A stretch of 64,000 nt of DNA from Amoebidium appalachense (taxonomy: Eukaryota > Protista > Ichthyosporea): NCBI GenBank assembly GCA_963693365.1, contig CAVNZM010000001.1:6030907-6094906 (forward strand). Direction: 5' to 3'. Shown in pieces: positions 1-35,380 of the stretch (positions are counted from its first letter, which is position 1; each line of letters begins with the position of its first letter). The notes beneath the pieces were generated by a model. It saw nothing but the letters and a program-made list of their open reading frames with translations, ran no database searches and was not told the origin of the DNA. The position numbers were made by a program, and so were the translations under genes.

Positions 1-489
1 GTGATCGAAGGACTTCTGGTAATTATGACATGTGGGCAAGAGAACCTGTATAGACAGCTGCAGGGCCGGGGAATCATTTAAGAAAGCTCTGGGCATAGTA
101 CATGGCAGAGACACCAAAAAGCCAGGAAATTCAATTGCAATTTGGGGTTTTTGTTCATGGTGCTCTCAGCCTGCATGTGCATCGGCGGTACTTGTGCACA
201 CGGAGTGAAGATTTTTATCTGGACACACACAGTTCAAAGCCCACATTTGGGAGCTCGTTTCCAACACCCGGCGGATTACGTATGCAGAGACTAATGTTCG
301 TGTGAGTGTTCATGTACTTGTTTGTGCGTGTGTGTGTGTACATCAAGGAAGAGTAAGTGTGTATGCAAGGGCAAATCCGATGGTACTGCGTAAACCCCCT
401 ACTGTGTATGGGATTGGCACAAGCAGAAGGGGGGGGGGGAAATGCCCAACGTTTTTATGGGATTGGCACAAGCAAAAGGAAAAAAGAAT

Positions 490-562
490 CGCCCAACGTG
501 GGGCTCGAACCCACGACCGCGAGATTAAGAGTCTCGCGCTCTACCGACTGAGCTAGCCGGGC
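490..562 (-). tRNA. tRNA-Lys(CTT)
   Basis: Reverse complement reads GCCCGGCTAGCTCAGTCGGTAGAGCGCGAGACT-CTT-AATCTCGCGGTCGTGGGTTCGAGCCCCACGTTGGGCG: canonical eukaryotic Lys-CTT cloverleaf with A and B boxes. A T6 Pol III terminator follows (A-run at 480-485). Confidence 0.97.
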
Positions 563-1163
563 TGATGACATACTGATCGCCAACAGACTCATACCTGATG
601 ATCAAACCAAACCCATGTGTGTTCCGGGCGTGATGACGTACACCAACGCGCGTAAATTTTCGAATGCTTAGTCCGAATCCGGAAGGTTCAAGTTGGGCAG
701 AAACGTTGTGCCATACGTAGCTGGTTGCAGGTTGCATCAAAAGTACTAGGGCGTACTCAAAGCAGAAGGTAAGTGAAAAGTTTGTTTGTGGACAGCCCAT
801 GCATCAGAGGAAGTTCTGGTGTGTCCGAATCTTGCACACGCTCACAATTTCTTCCTCCCTCCCCCCCCCTCCCTCCCCCCCCTCCCCCCTCCCCCCCAAA
901 CACCCACACACCCACTATACACTCCTCCCCCTTTCAATACGCACACGCACCTGCACACGCATCGTTTGGAAAGAGGGCTATCGTGCTGTTTGCGTAGTTC
1001 TGCCAGTGCATGCCTTGCAAACACAAGCCTAGGTCTAAAATCAATACCTGTGCAGCTGGCTCTTACATAGTTCCTTTTCGCCTGTTTGTCAGAGCATCTT
1101 TTCAAGCAGCTTCCGAGGACCAACATGCGAGGCTGCATCCTAAGCGTGTGCTCTTGAGGTAAG

Positions 1164-15586
<14,423 letters not shown>

Positions 15587-16301
15587 AGTGTTACCAGGAG
15601 ATAGAACGGTTATGCAAACTAGGCATCGAAGATGGTCTATTGCTGTAATACTATGCATTTTGTATGGCTTAGGGTCAGATTTCTTGTATATGTTTCTTCT
15701 ATTTAGGCTTTACAAAGCATTCTTAGATTACAAGACACAGATAAAACCCACATGCTCGTGCCATTTTGGCTGCCTGCACGAATCAAGTGGATTGGATGCT
15801 ACATGCTGGGAGCAACCTAAACCTCTCGCAACCACGTGAATAAATATTTTGTATTTGTTAATTCAGATCGAGATCCGGATCTGGCGAAATGAAGTTTTGG
15901 TGATTCGTCTGGCCAAATGAAGTTTTGGTGATTTTGCATTCAACTGCCTATGAATGGGCTTGACCCAATAAATGAACACTCCGGTCACCTGACTGTGTCC
16001 GAATCAATTGTGAAGCGAGAGGTGACCTGTCGTGGCAGCTTGCAGGTTGCGACGCTGTGGCGTCAGACTGCAAACATTTGTGTTTGGAGCTAATTAGCCG
16101 GCCTTCCCCTTGACAATGCCATAGTATGCATGATTTGCAAATATCGTAGTTTAAAACACGCACCTCGAATATCTCAAAACATGTGCACGTGTGGGGCGTG
16201 TGTGTGACTCTGTCTCTCACAGTGTACTTGTGTGCACTGTATTAATTTAATTAGTAAGCATACGTATGACGTGTGCGACACAGAATTCGACGTGTGTGTG
16301 T

Positions 16302-16351
<50 letters not shown>

Positions 16352-16365
16352 GGGGTGTACGTAAA

Positions 16366-16404
<39 letters not shown>

Positions 16405-16719
16405 GCGTGTGTGCGTGTGGGTGTGGGTGTGTACACGTGTCATCATTCAACGGCACGTATATGTGTGCTACATAATATGCACGTGCGTATCGGACTTCCG
16501 GAACCTTTGCTCGAGACTCTTCTTGTACACGCATGTGCATTGATATCTCGGTATGGATGGCGTTCCAGGTACTTTCAGCCTGTGAGACATGCACGCAACG
16601 GTTGCCAAGGGGCCGTGGCAGCTGCACTCAGCTGCGCATGCAGTGCCGCACAGCAGTTGCATATGTGCACATGGACAGCACTAACAGTTCGCGATCTATT
16701 TGAGAGTATTTGCGAAGCT

Positions 16720-16790
16720 GATTGGCTTATCCTCTAGCCTATTTTCATTGGCTAGTTTTTGCGCAAATTCAAAGTTTGGCGCCAAACTAA
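16720..16790. promoter_or_regulatory. Putative cell-cycle promoter module (E2F/CDE palindrome + CHR + CCAAT boxes)
   Basis: Perfect palindrome AGTTTGGCGCCAAACT (16773-16788) next to TTCAAA; the minus strand reads GGCGCC-AAAC-TTTGAA. Two ATTGG boxes at ~16721 and ~16747. Lies in repeat-poor DNA upstream of the RING-PHD gene. Confidence 0.4.
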
Positions 16791-17959
16791 AGTGGACGTT
16801 GCCCAACCGCCCAGCCTGCCCAGGATGTCTGTGCCGTCCTTCTACATGTCCAAGAGAAGGGCAAAGTTCTGGTGATAATCATATGTGAACATTTGGAGTG
16901 CACACTTCACCAGTGCCGAAGTGAAAAGCGAACGCGTGCAAACGTGCAAGTTTAGAAGGTACTGTATCAGACGCCATCCTATAGCTTGTTGATATAGTTG
17001 ACCACATCTATCAAGCACCCTAATAAACGGAAGTTTGAGCTAACTAACGTGTCTCGGGTTCAAGGCTTTTTGTCAAGCACAAAAGAACTTTGATATTGCT
17101 ACTGCTGTCATCGGCGTTTCTAAGTTGGTGACAACCGGTTTCGACTCAAAAATCTATACGCGGGGAATTCTCGCAAGCACCTTAAAATAGCCCTGGTAAG
17201 GTTAGTGGGGCTACGGATAGTGCTAATTAATTATGGACAAGACCAGGTAACGAGTGTCAGGCACAAACATGGCTGCTTTGAACCAGAGCCAAGAGAACTC
17301 CCCTGAAACCCAGGCATACCACCCCTTCTCCCCCCCCCCCCCCCCCCCCCCAAACACACACACATCACCTCCCCCACTCCCCCCCTTTCCCACCAACTCT
17401 TCTCTGACCTATTAGGCATCTTCTACCATACGTCCTAAAGCTGCTTATGCCTCCCTCATTGCTTGTTTTCCGGGGTTCCTACACTTATAATACGGAGTCT
17501 ATATAGGAAGCAGCAAGCGGTAGTGACATTTCAGGGAATTGGTTGATCCTGTTTCCCGAAACACATCTTGGGATAGGCACGAAAGTTTCGGGTACACCAA
17601 ACTCACACTGATTTCTTTTTGCTTGTGAAGCAAGTCTTGGTATAGCGGGACTTCCAGAAGTGATGACAAGCAGCGCTCATCCTTCCTTCTGTCTTACCCT
17701 TTTTGCTTGGAGTTTTCGTCACAACCTATTCCTCAGCACACACACACAGCCTTCCTCCGTGAAAGTCTCTGCTTAAAACCACAACCAACCCAATTGCTTG
17801 GTCCTAAACCCTCTCTCCATACCCCCCCCCCCCCCCCCCCCTCCCCCTCCCCCTCCCCCCCCCCCCCCCTCCCCTCCCCTCCCCCCCCACCCCCCCACCC
17901 CCCCCCCCACCGCCCCCGCCCTTCTGCACATCACACACACACCATCGAAATACACCCAG

Positions 17960-24928
<6,969 letters not shown>

Positions 24929-25414
24929 CCTCTTGAGGATCAGACTAATTGATTTGGACGGGTCCCGTTCAAGGCCTAAACAACTCTGTTGCGGCTCAAA
25001 ATCGATAGAAAAAACTCAAAAAAATTGCATGTGCCGACAGGTATATGTCTTACCTACATACGTTACTAAGATGGTTTGGGGAGATTATCAATTTTTTTCG
25101 TATACTTTTGTATATGTTTCTGAAGCGACTTTCGAGATTTTGAGAAAATCTTGGGGCTGTCATCGAATGTCGACTAAGCCGAGCAATCATGTTCTGCCAT
25201 TTGTAGCCATTTTCAAAATGGTCCAATCAGCAGATTTCATTGACAGCATTTCGATGTCGTCATTGACTCGTCAAGCCGGCAAGCATCCTTTGTAGTAACC
25301 CCATATACAAGGTATCGTTCTTAGGGTAAAGTTCAATTTTTTTTGCATAAGACGAAGGATAAGTATATTTTCTAATCTCGTGCAACTTTTATTTGGCTAG
25401 TTCCTATCAACTTC

Positions 25415-27908
25415 ATGTTCACATTAGAGCACAAACTTGGTCGTCTCCGTGCTGGTGACCTCGATCTCGATCTCGTGAAATTGGCGGTCCTCAAGAGGTA
25501 AACAGCCACACACAAAAGGACTAGCACCGCAACCACTCACCCACACCCCCCTCCAATATTCCCCTGCCAGCCTGGTCGTAAGTATGCAGACCATAGTTCA
25601 CCATTAGCATGTTCGCAGTTCTCCTTTACTATCCTACCCGCGTCAACCCGATCGCATGAAAATAGCCTGACACAGCACATATCCCCCCCCCCCCCCCCCC
25701 CCCCCCCGTGGCTCCCACCTGACTCCCCCGCCTGCCTCCCCCATCTTCCTCGTCTTTCGGCTCCGGGAAACCGTCCCCCACCACCACCAAACGAGAAATC
25801 GAGCATCTGAGAGTGTCGCTTTATGCTCTTACAATAAATCAAGACACAACACTTACCCCCTGCCCACCATCACAGGAAGGGCAACACGCCTAAGAAAGGT
25901 TCCTCAAAACGCCTGCAACCCGCTGCCACCGACGAAGACGGGTGGATTGTTTCCCGAAACATTTCTCCCCAAAAACCGGAAATTCAGCCCACACAATCAA
26001 AAACGCAACCACCGCCCCTATCTTCTTTCACCAGGCAAAAGTCCGAGAGGCCGCAACTATCGAATTACCACAGAACAAAACCAAGACCGTATGCTACACA
26101 ACGTGAACAGGATGACACAAAACCAAATCTCTCCTCGTACGAGTATAAGAAAGATTCGCTTTCGAACACGTTATCACAGCCGCTTTCAAGTCAGCCCCCA
26201 TCCTCTTTTCGTAGGAAGCCCAGCCCTTACGCTTCCCAAAAATCTGACAGCAATACGAAAGAGCAAGAAGCAGCAGATTTTGAGAGACCCTCTTACGAAC
26301 GACAAACCTCCACACAGCCATCACAAACGCCATCCCGACCCCAACAGCCTTCCTCTGTCAACGGGATAAAAAAACTTAGCCCTTATGTCACATCACAATA
26401 CGGACACGAAAAGAAAGAGTTCGGAACGATCGAATCCAAATCATTTTCGGCATTCGACAAATCCAAAACAGTACACCCCCCGCCCTCCCTTTCCAGCTTT
26501 GCGTACAGTAATCCTCGTGCAAAACAACAACCACGGTCGGCGGCTGAAATCATCAATTTGATTGGGAAAGCCAGTCAGCCCGCACCCGTTACATTCAATC
26601 AAAACAGGGTGGCGTCCCAACTAGCCAATCGAAATCCGTTACCGCCGCTGCACCGCCCAATCATTTCGACACAATCTGCCACCAATCACAGGCCATCTCC
26701 AAGACCCACACCCACACCGTGGGCTGACAGTGATGGTTGGATTGGTAACTCCCCCCCCCCCCCTTCCCCCCGGGTGCACAGGGTGCACAGGGTACCGACT
26801 CCTTCGGTCCCCCTCGCTCCCCTTCTTCCCCCCCCCCCCCCCCCCCTCCGCGCCTCCCCCTCTCTCAGAGATCTTCCTTTTAGGTCTCTCTCTATATCTC
26901 TCGCTCTCTCCCCTCTTTCCCCTCATACCTGCACTTTAGCTCTTTAGACTACGACCCACTCCGTCTCTCGTCAACCTCCTCCCCTCCTTCCTCCTCCCTC
27001 CCTCCCCCCCCCCCCCCCCCCCTCCCCCTCTCTCCAACCTCTGCACACACACAAACAAACATTCATCATCACACACACTCACACATGCATGCACGCGAAT
27101 CATGCGCAGGCGTGCAGACGCACGCGCGCACACACACACAACACACACACACACACACACACCCTCTTTTCATTCTACACCCTCTATTCCAGCTTGCCTC
27201 TTCAAACCCACTCATCACGTTTCAACCATTAGCACATACCTTGCATGTACGTGCATTCTCCCAAACTCCCCACCCACATCTACTGGCCTGCTGTTTCTTT
27301 CCTTTCATTACTCACGGCTTTTGGGGGCTTACATTTCTTGTCGTCCAGGACCTTGGACCTTAAAAATCGCAGATGGAAGTTTTTTTTGTCATTTTATTTT
27401 ATTTTTATTTTATTCTTTATTTTTACTGTTGTCTTTTTGGGACTTGGGAGGGTGGGGATGCGCGGGGGGGGGGGGGGGGGGGGGGGGGGGAGGGGAGAGG
27501 GGAGGGGGAGGGGGGGGGGGGGGGGGGACCTTAAAGGACGTGGAACGGTCAAAATAAAAGAAGAGACCCGACAGAGAAGTGTGGGTGTGGGTGAGTGGCT
27601 GAGGGAATATGGGACTGCGTGTCTGGATGAGTGGGGAATCTGGTTCTGCGGTGGGGGGAGGGGGGAGGGGGGCAGAGGGGGAGGGTGTGTGTGTGTGTGG
27701 GGGGGGGGGGGGGGCATTAGGGGCAAGCAATCAAGTGTGTGTGACCACATTGTCTGTGTCCTAAAAGCCTTCGCTATTTGCAGAAAAACCTCCGGTGCCG
27801 ACGAGGAAGGTGGAGGGGGTCAGCGCCCACGCCAGGCCCAGGCCGGCTGCAAACATGGGAGGGACACACAGAGGGTTCGACCAGTATCGATTCAACCGCA
27901 CAAAATAG
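25415..27908 (+). CDS. Hypothetical intrinsically disordered protein (~360 aa), 3 exons
   Basis: Exons 25415-25497 (ATG, MFTLEHKLGRL...), 25876-~26744 (stop-free, Ser/Pro/Gln/Thr-rich) and 27784-27908 (ends GFDQYRFNRTK*) join with matching phases 2 and 1 at GT-AG sites. The ORF track largely misses this gene. Confidence 0.65.
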
Positions 27909-28600
27909 CTAGCTAGCTCTATCTCGTTCTTTCCCCCCCCCCTCCCCCCTTCCCTTCCCCCTCTCTCTCTGTCTTTCACGTGGTGGTGGTGGTGGTGGTA
28001 GGAGAGGGGGAGGGGTGTTTGTGGGGGTTGTGGGGGGGGGGGGGGGGGGGGGGGGGGGGATTGCTAGTCGTTGACCTTTCGTTTCAATCGGCAATCTTTC
28101 ATCTGTCCATATTGCAGATTTAACCGTTAACTCATGGTTTTTTGCACTTTACTTTACAATAATTTGTTTCCGTTTCCGTTCCTGTTGATGGGAAAACGAC
28201 AGCCCCAAGGGAGAGAAAAGGGGGGGGGGGGGGGGGGGGGGGGGGGGAAGGCGTAGGAATCTGAATGAATGAATAGATGTACTGGCGCTTCTGTAATCTC
28301 TTCAGTGGCATCGTTTTTCCATGGTCGTAAGCAGTCGATGAAGCAAGGGTATAATGTAGTGTGATGATTGCATGGCAGTAATGATACAAGGTTGCTTAAT
28401 AAGCAATGCATTTCAAGACGAGTACGTATGGCCATTAGTATGCCACAGTGCCCGTAGGGAGCTTTCAAAAGTTTACAGGTTCAAAATGTGGTTCGTAACC
28501 AATAATGGCGCTGGGCCGAAGCCTATGTATGGATCTGATACTTTTTTTTTGTTAGTCTGGTGCACATGGAGCTAAATCTGATTTATTTTTGTTCACTGTA

Positions 28601-28641
<41 letters not shown>

Positions 28642-29943
28642 CAACCCACCTCCGGCCACTCCCCTCTTGTAGAGGTAGGTACCCGGTACGCTACTCTTAA
28701 CACACGTGTACGTGCACGTGAACATAACCACATGCTCAATGCCACACGTGCGCATCCACAAGTGCATGTCGTAGTGCGTTACACACATGCATGCATGCAT
28801 ATGACACAGACACACGCACACACACCCTTACACACAGAGCAGGGTTCAATCATTCATATCATGCGCCTACAACCTAGCAAGATGCACATTACTGATGTAT
28901 GATGGATGCACTAAAGCTATCATGAAAAACGCTATGTATTACTAGCAGGTGTTCTTTCGATGCCTCCACATGCCCCACGGCTCTTTTCACACACATCATT
29001 ACCAGGAGCATGTGCACTGACTCCAACAGCGAAGGGGACGGGCCGACTCCCGAGCCCTCCGCCCGAGGCCCGGGTACCATATCAGGAGCGGGCAATTTTT
29101 GAATTCTCCCTCCCCGGCCCCGCCGGGGAAAATTTGAGGTTTTTGGACCTCAAAGAAGTCAAATCCTGCAAAATCCACTACCGGGAGGCCAAAAAGGGTG
29201 ATTTTACAAAAAAGGAGGGACATACATGAAAAAGAGAAAATGGGCGAGTTCAGTGGGCTGCCGATAAGTATATTTCGTGCTGGGCCGGTATACATGCTGC
29301 CGTGGTTGTTGCTGTAGACGGCAGTATGGCATCGCATGTGTCACGTGACCTGCACGTGAATGCGACCATGTGCAGGCACTGAGTCTAGGGGGATTTGTAT
29401 GTGTGTTTTGGAGCACCGACAAGGCAGAGCCAGGGTGAGGGATGTGTAAACATGGAGTTTAGGGAGATCGTGCTGCTATTGTAACATGTGCACAAAACAG
29501 CCACGTGCACCGGCACACTCCGGTGTACAGAACAATAATATGCACATGCGTCACTGTAATATCATGTATGCGCATGCCGCACAAGGTTTAGGAGACCACC
29601 ACAGTATATACTATTTTCTTTTGGTTGATATCCATGTAGGAATGGTGTGTTGCAGTTGTCATGATCAGCCTGAGGCAGGCACGTGCACTCACTGAATCAC
29701 TAGAACTCATGAATAAAAAATACATTCGCTAAAAACGGCAAGGTAAATTTGGGGCCAAGCTATTATTTCCCCCTTTTAAACGTTTTTTTAGCTCCAAGAA
29801 CTTCGACGCCAAAATTTCTATATTTGGCCATCGTATATGATAATGAACACGTGTACTTAAATTAAAGTAGTTATATAAATATGAGCGGCCCGTTACAAAT
29901 ACAGTGACGAAAAACAGTGACCCACGAGCAGTTTTTCTTTCTA

Positions 29944-29975
<32 letters not shown>

Positions 29976-31313
29976 ACCCACACACACACACACACACACC
30001 AGACACACACACCACCACCACGGTGACCACCACCACCACCACCACCACCACTCACCCCTTAAAAAAACCACACACATACGTGCACGTGTACACACACACA
30101 CAGAACACCACCACCACCTCCACTGGACCCCATTTCCTCGTTGTTTTCTTAAGCCTTCAGACCAGTCCTGCACACTGGAGTTAAACAATTGAATTCACCT
30201 AGGCTGACATGCATCCACCCCCGCCTTCCACTTCCCTCCCCCCCACCCCCTCCCCCCCCCACCCCCCCACCCCCACCCCCTCCCCCTCGATGAAGAAGGG
30301 CCCCCGTAAGCCTTGGGGGGGGGGGGGGGAGGGGGGGGAGAGGGGGAGAGGGGGGGAGCTCTTGAGCCTCCGGGTAGGGAAGTGGGGTCCGGGGATCCGG
30401 AGAGGAGGGGGGGGGGGGGGGGGGGAAGGGGCATATAATATTGGGCCTAGATATCATAGTATGGGGCCCCGGGGGAGGGGAGAGGTGGGGGGGGGAGGGG
30501 GGAGGATCCACGGGAAAGACCTTTAGGTGCATGTTCTTATTTATACCCCCTTCGAATCATCCCCCCTCTCCCCCCCCCTCCCCCCCCTGAGTGCAGGCCG
30601 TGACGTAGCTACGATAACCCTGCAGAAGGCAACAAAAATGTATTAATTACTAGCACTATACATGTGTTCATAGTGCAGCTTGCACCACGTATGATCTCAG
30701 CAACTTTAAAGTAGTCACAAAGTTTAGTTATTTTCATTATTTTCATTGCTCTGAACTCTATTACTCTGAAATGATCACCGTGCATGTGCCGCAAGATAAC
30801 AACCCTATATGTGTGCAGCTGCTGCCTGCAGGTTAGACTCGCTGAAAAGACAATTGTCAGTGTGCATCCGACGCTTGCAGCTGCAGCTAGCCTCTGCAAC
30901 ATTAATACTTGCCAAGTGAATGCTCTTACACTTGATCATCATTCACTCAAAAAACCGAGGACCGACAGATTAAATATTAATGTCGATCCGAATGATCAGC
31001 AAGTGTCTATGCGTACTACTATATATACACACACGTAAAATGCGAAGCTATCAGTTACAAGGCACACCTGCTGCACTGGCACACATACACATACACACCG
31101 GCAGATCGATGCTGTCAAAATTTACTTTCATGTACTTCGTAGGTCCGACACAGGTGCACATGAACACGTACATATGTACAAGCCGCGCACACACCACACC
31201 ACACATACACACACACACACACACACTCACACACACACACGCACACACGCACACACGCACACACGCACACACGCACGCACGCACGCACACACACACACAC
31301 ACGCACGCACGCG

Positions 31314-31377
<64 letters not shown>

Positions 31378-31822
31378 GACACACACACACACACACACAT
31401 CACTGGGTGCGCTCGCTGGGGATTAGTTTTTTGGCACGCTGTTGACTTTATCGTGTGTTTATTATTTGCTATTTATTGGCCAGCGGCCAACATTTAAAAA
31501 TATACTATATACCTAAAAATAGATACTGACTACGGCCAGCAGACATTATACACCTTCCAGGACACATTAACACCAATAGTCTAACACACCATACTCTCGA
31601 TCACAAAGAATTCCTAACAAACAGAGAAAAGTGCAAAGGCTCTGTACTATTTATTACTCAGATTCTAAATTTTAATTCTTTACAGTAAACTTCGGAATGA
31701 AAGCTAGCCCCCCCCCCCCCCCCCCCCCCCCCCTCCCCCCTAACATGACTGTACGAAGAACAGGTATAACTTGAAGCACTACAACACATATGAGATCCGT
31801 TACATTGGTGTACATTCCAATA

Positions 31823-33491
31823 TTAGACACTAGTTTGGCTACTCTGACTACTCTGAGATCCTGATTGGCTGCCTGCAGACTTGCGGCCACGATTACTTTG
31901 CTTTCGATCGTGCCATTGCAGCTGCGTCTCTCCAGCAGGTGGCAACGCCAGGCCCAGCACAGCAGATGCACGAGAAGGGGGTGGGAACTGCCCACCAGCC
32001 GAGGGCTGGCCCACATGGCCCAAGTAAGGATGGGGACCGTGCTGCGGCAGTAGCCCAGGCATGGGGAAGGCAGGGCCGGGCTGAGGCGGCATGATGCCCC
32101 ACGGTGGGGGCCAGCCATGTGGGTGGTGCGGGCCTGGATGGGGTGCAGGGGGCATGTGCGGCACATGGCCCTGCTGCATGTCAAGCGCGGGTGCTGGTGG
32201 CATGGCATCCTGATTGGCTGCAACCCAACGTGGGCAGCTCTTGGCCCGATTGGAGCCGGGGCAGCCCTTGCCCTGGCGGCCACACGTCTTGCAGGTCTTG
32301 GGGGCTCTCTGGGGTGGCTGCATAGGAGGGGGCACCGGCAAATCCATCTGCAGGGGCCCCTCAGGGCCAATGTTGCGATGCTTTTTGCCCACTAGCATGG
32401 GCAAGGGCCGCTCACGCTGCGCCCCTGCATCGACACCGTCTGGAACAGGGAGGGGTGGCAAGGGGGCAGGCCGTATGGTTGCTGGCACAGCGTCTGCCCT
32501 CTCCTCGCGCATACGCTTGCGGTGATCTGCCAGGCCCTCGTGTGTGGAGCGCTGTGCATGTGCCGTCTGCCAGGTCTTCCACTTGTCGAAATGCTTCTTG
32601 ATGTAGGCCGCATCCTTCATGTAGATTCCCCCAGCCACAGAGGCAGCCTTGTTGAAGTCTTGGGCCAAAGCCTCGAACAGCTGGCCGTTGGGCTTTGCAT
32701 GTGCCTTGTAGGTGCCCAGGAGCAGCGTGCTGAATAGCTTGCGCTCCTGAGGGGTAAGCACCGGAAGGAAGGGGATGGCCACATGTTGCTTCTGCGCCAG
32801 GAACTTGTAGTCGCCCCTCAGTGCAGGGTCCGGCTGTGGTGCACCACGCGCCACCTGGTTGCCCCCCCCCATGGCAGCACCGTCACCCTCCTCGACCTCA
32901 CAGTCCTCTGGCCCGCCCATCACGCCATTGGCTGCAGGCTCGATGTTATCAGACGGAGGTGGGGGTGCGGGCACCGCAACTGGCTCCTGCGCCGGGGCAT
33001 TGGCCACACAGGAGAGCGGGGCAAAGTTGAAGTACTCCTCCGGTAGCTTGTAGCAGCCTACGGGTACCCACTGGGGGTCGAGGTGATGGCCGTACAGCAT
33101 CAGCGCCAGTGCCTCCATGTCGTCAACAATCCAGGGGCTGTAGTGGGGGGGCCCCGATGCCTGACCCAGGCGGTTGCGGTAGTGTGCACGCAGGTTGTGG
33201 CGGTGGCGCCTATTGGACATGGTGGCGTCCAGCAGGCGCAGCGACATGCGTGTGGCCCCAAAGTGGGTGGCCAGGGGGTTGTGCACTGCCCCCTCCACCT
33301 CGTTGGTGCCCCGGATGCAGCGGTAGCGCATGAGCCCATCTGCGTCGGCAGTGGTCTCGTAGTAGAGGGGCAGGCCGGGGGGGTCCGACAGACAGCCATT
33401 TTGGGCGTGTTCGAGCAGCGACTGTGGGGGCACAAGCAAACATCAGAGAGATGGGTGGGTGGTGGTGGTGGTAGTGTGTGTGTATGTGTGT

Positions 33492-33548
<57 letters not shown>

Positions 33549-33620
33549 TGGGGTTGCTAAGGAAAAAAACGAGCAGGGAAAGGCAAAAAACAACTGGCTA
33601 GGCAGCAAGGGCCGTGCGGG

Positions 33621-33688
<68 letters not shown>

Positions 33689-35347
33689 ATGTTTGGGGGG
33701 GGGGGGGGGGGGGGGGGGGGGGAGGCTAGGGTGTGCGTGTGTGTGCAGATGAACCAAGGATGACAAATAAGCGAAGAATCTTTTCTGTGGTGGTGGAGTT
33801 GTTGGGCGCCTGCAGGGGGGAGGGGGGGGGGGGGGGGGTTGTTGCCTCGAGTCTTTCAAAGCCATCCTTCTTGAACAGAGGCTTGCCATCCGGTCCGGGC
33901 GGCACATCCTTGTAGGTGTTTTTGAACTCCACCAGCCGCGAGACCAGCGTGTATGGGTCGGGAATAACCCGCCGGATGCGCTCCATGAAGTAGCTCAGGT
34001 CGCCGCCCTTGAGCTCGGTTTCAATGTCGATGCCCTTCTGCTCCAGCACCCCCTGTGAGGCAGGATGCCAATATTAATTTACTACGCACACTGCAATTTG
34101 GGTTTGGTAGACTTTGATACCTGCCGTTATTGTAGGACCCCTCCCCTCCACCCCCCCCATCTTCTCCCCCAACACAAGTAAAAAATGCATGTGGCTATTT
34201 CCCCCCACAACCCTACATTATTTCTCTCTAGGCATATGAATAACCCCCACTCTCCTCCCCCCCTCCCCCCCCCCTCCCCCCCCCCCCCCCCCCCCCCCCC
34301 CCCCTTGCCCCCCCTCTCTCTGAGGCTCAGGCTCTCTCTCTTCCCTCAGAAGTTTTGTCGAAGGTGTGCATGGTTGTGGGTGGAATGGTGAGTGTGTGCT
34401 AACGAGTGTATGTGTGTGTGCGCGTCAGTCACGCATGTTGTTGTTGCCGTTTTTTTTATTTTTATTTTTTATTTTTTATTTTGGGGGGGGGGGGGAGGGG
34501 GGGGGGGGGCACCTTCACATGTCCGTAATCCTCTTCATTCCACACAAATATTGCCTCGCTGAGTGAGCGTGCGTACTCAGCCCTGCGGGGGTGTGACTTG
34601 TACGTGCCGTCCGCCGTGTTTGCAATGGAGTGGAAGGCGTCATTCAGCACAGTCTGCCACACCACCTCCCCAGGCGGTGCCTGGCCCAACATGCCCTCTC
34701 TGGGAGCTGCCTCGGGTCCCCCTGGGGCTGCCTCAAGGCCCCCCGGGGCTGCCTGGGGGTCCTGGGGGGGTGCCTGTGGGCCGGCAAGGGGTTGCTGCTG
34801 CTCGGCAGGGGGAGGACTGGCAGGGGGAGGGGCTGGGTCAGGGACCACCGGCACCTCGGCACCTGGGTCCGGTGGGGGCTGAATGGGCCGTAGCCACTGC
34901 AGGTGCACCATCAGCTCAAAGGGCGGCGGGCCCAGCTCTCCCAGGGTCTTGCCCTTGTCGGGGCCAAAGGGCACCTGCATGGCCGGCGACAGCACCTGAT
35001 CCACCCGCACCACTGCATGCTTCTTGCCCACCTTCATGCCCCCCCAGCGCTCCGGCTGCACAGCCAGCACCACCCCGGTGGCTGCTGCAGCATGTGGGCC
35101 CCGCCGGGGCACAATCTCAACCCCTTCACCGAGTGCCTTTGCATGAAGCCGCGCTGCATGTCATAGAGGGAAGCAAAAAACTCAGCCAAAAAGCCACAGC
35201 ACCAACGTTTTTCTCTTCGCTCCACAAAAATCAAATGCATATTCCTTAGCAACCCCCTTCCCCCCCCCCCCCCCCCCTTCTCCCTCCCCCCCCCCCTCTC
35301 CCAGTGCCCAGCTTGTGTGGCACTTGCACGTGTTAACAGTGCTATAG

Positions 35348-35380
<33 letters not shown>

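Noticed and set aside
490-562. tRNA-Lys as the insertion target of the Dada-type element
   Set aside because: The tRNA is intact and about 30 kb from the element.
29085-29105. U4 snRNA-like Sm site GGCAATTTTTGA as a Dada target
   Set aside because: Flanks show no U4 or U1 similarity; a short chance match.
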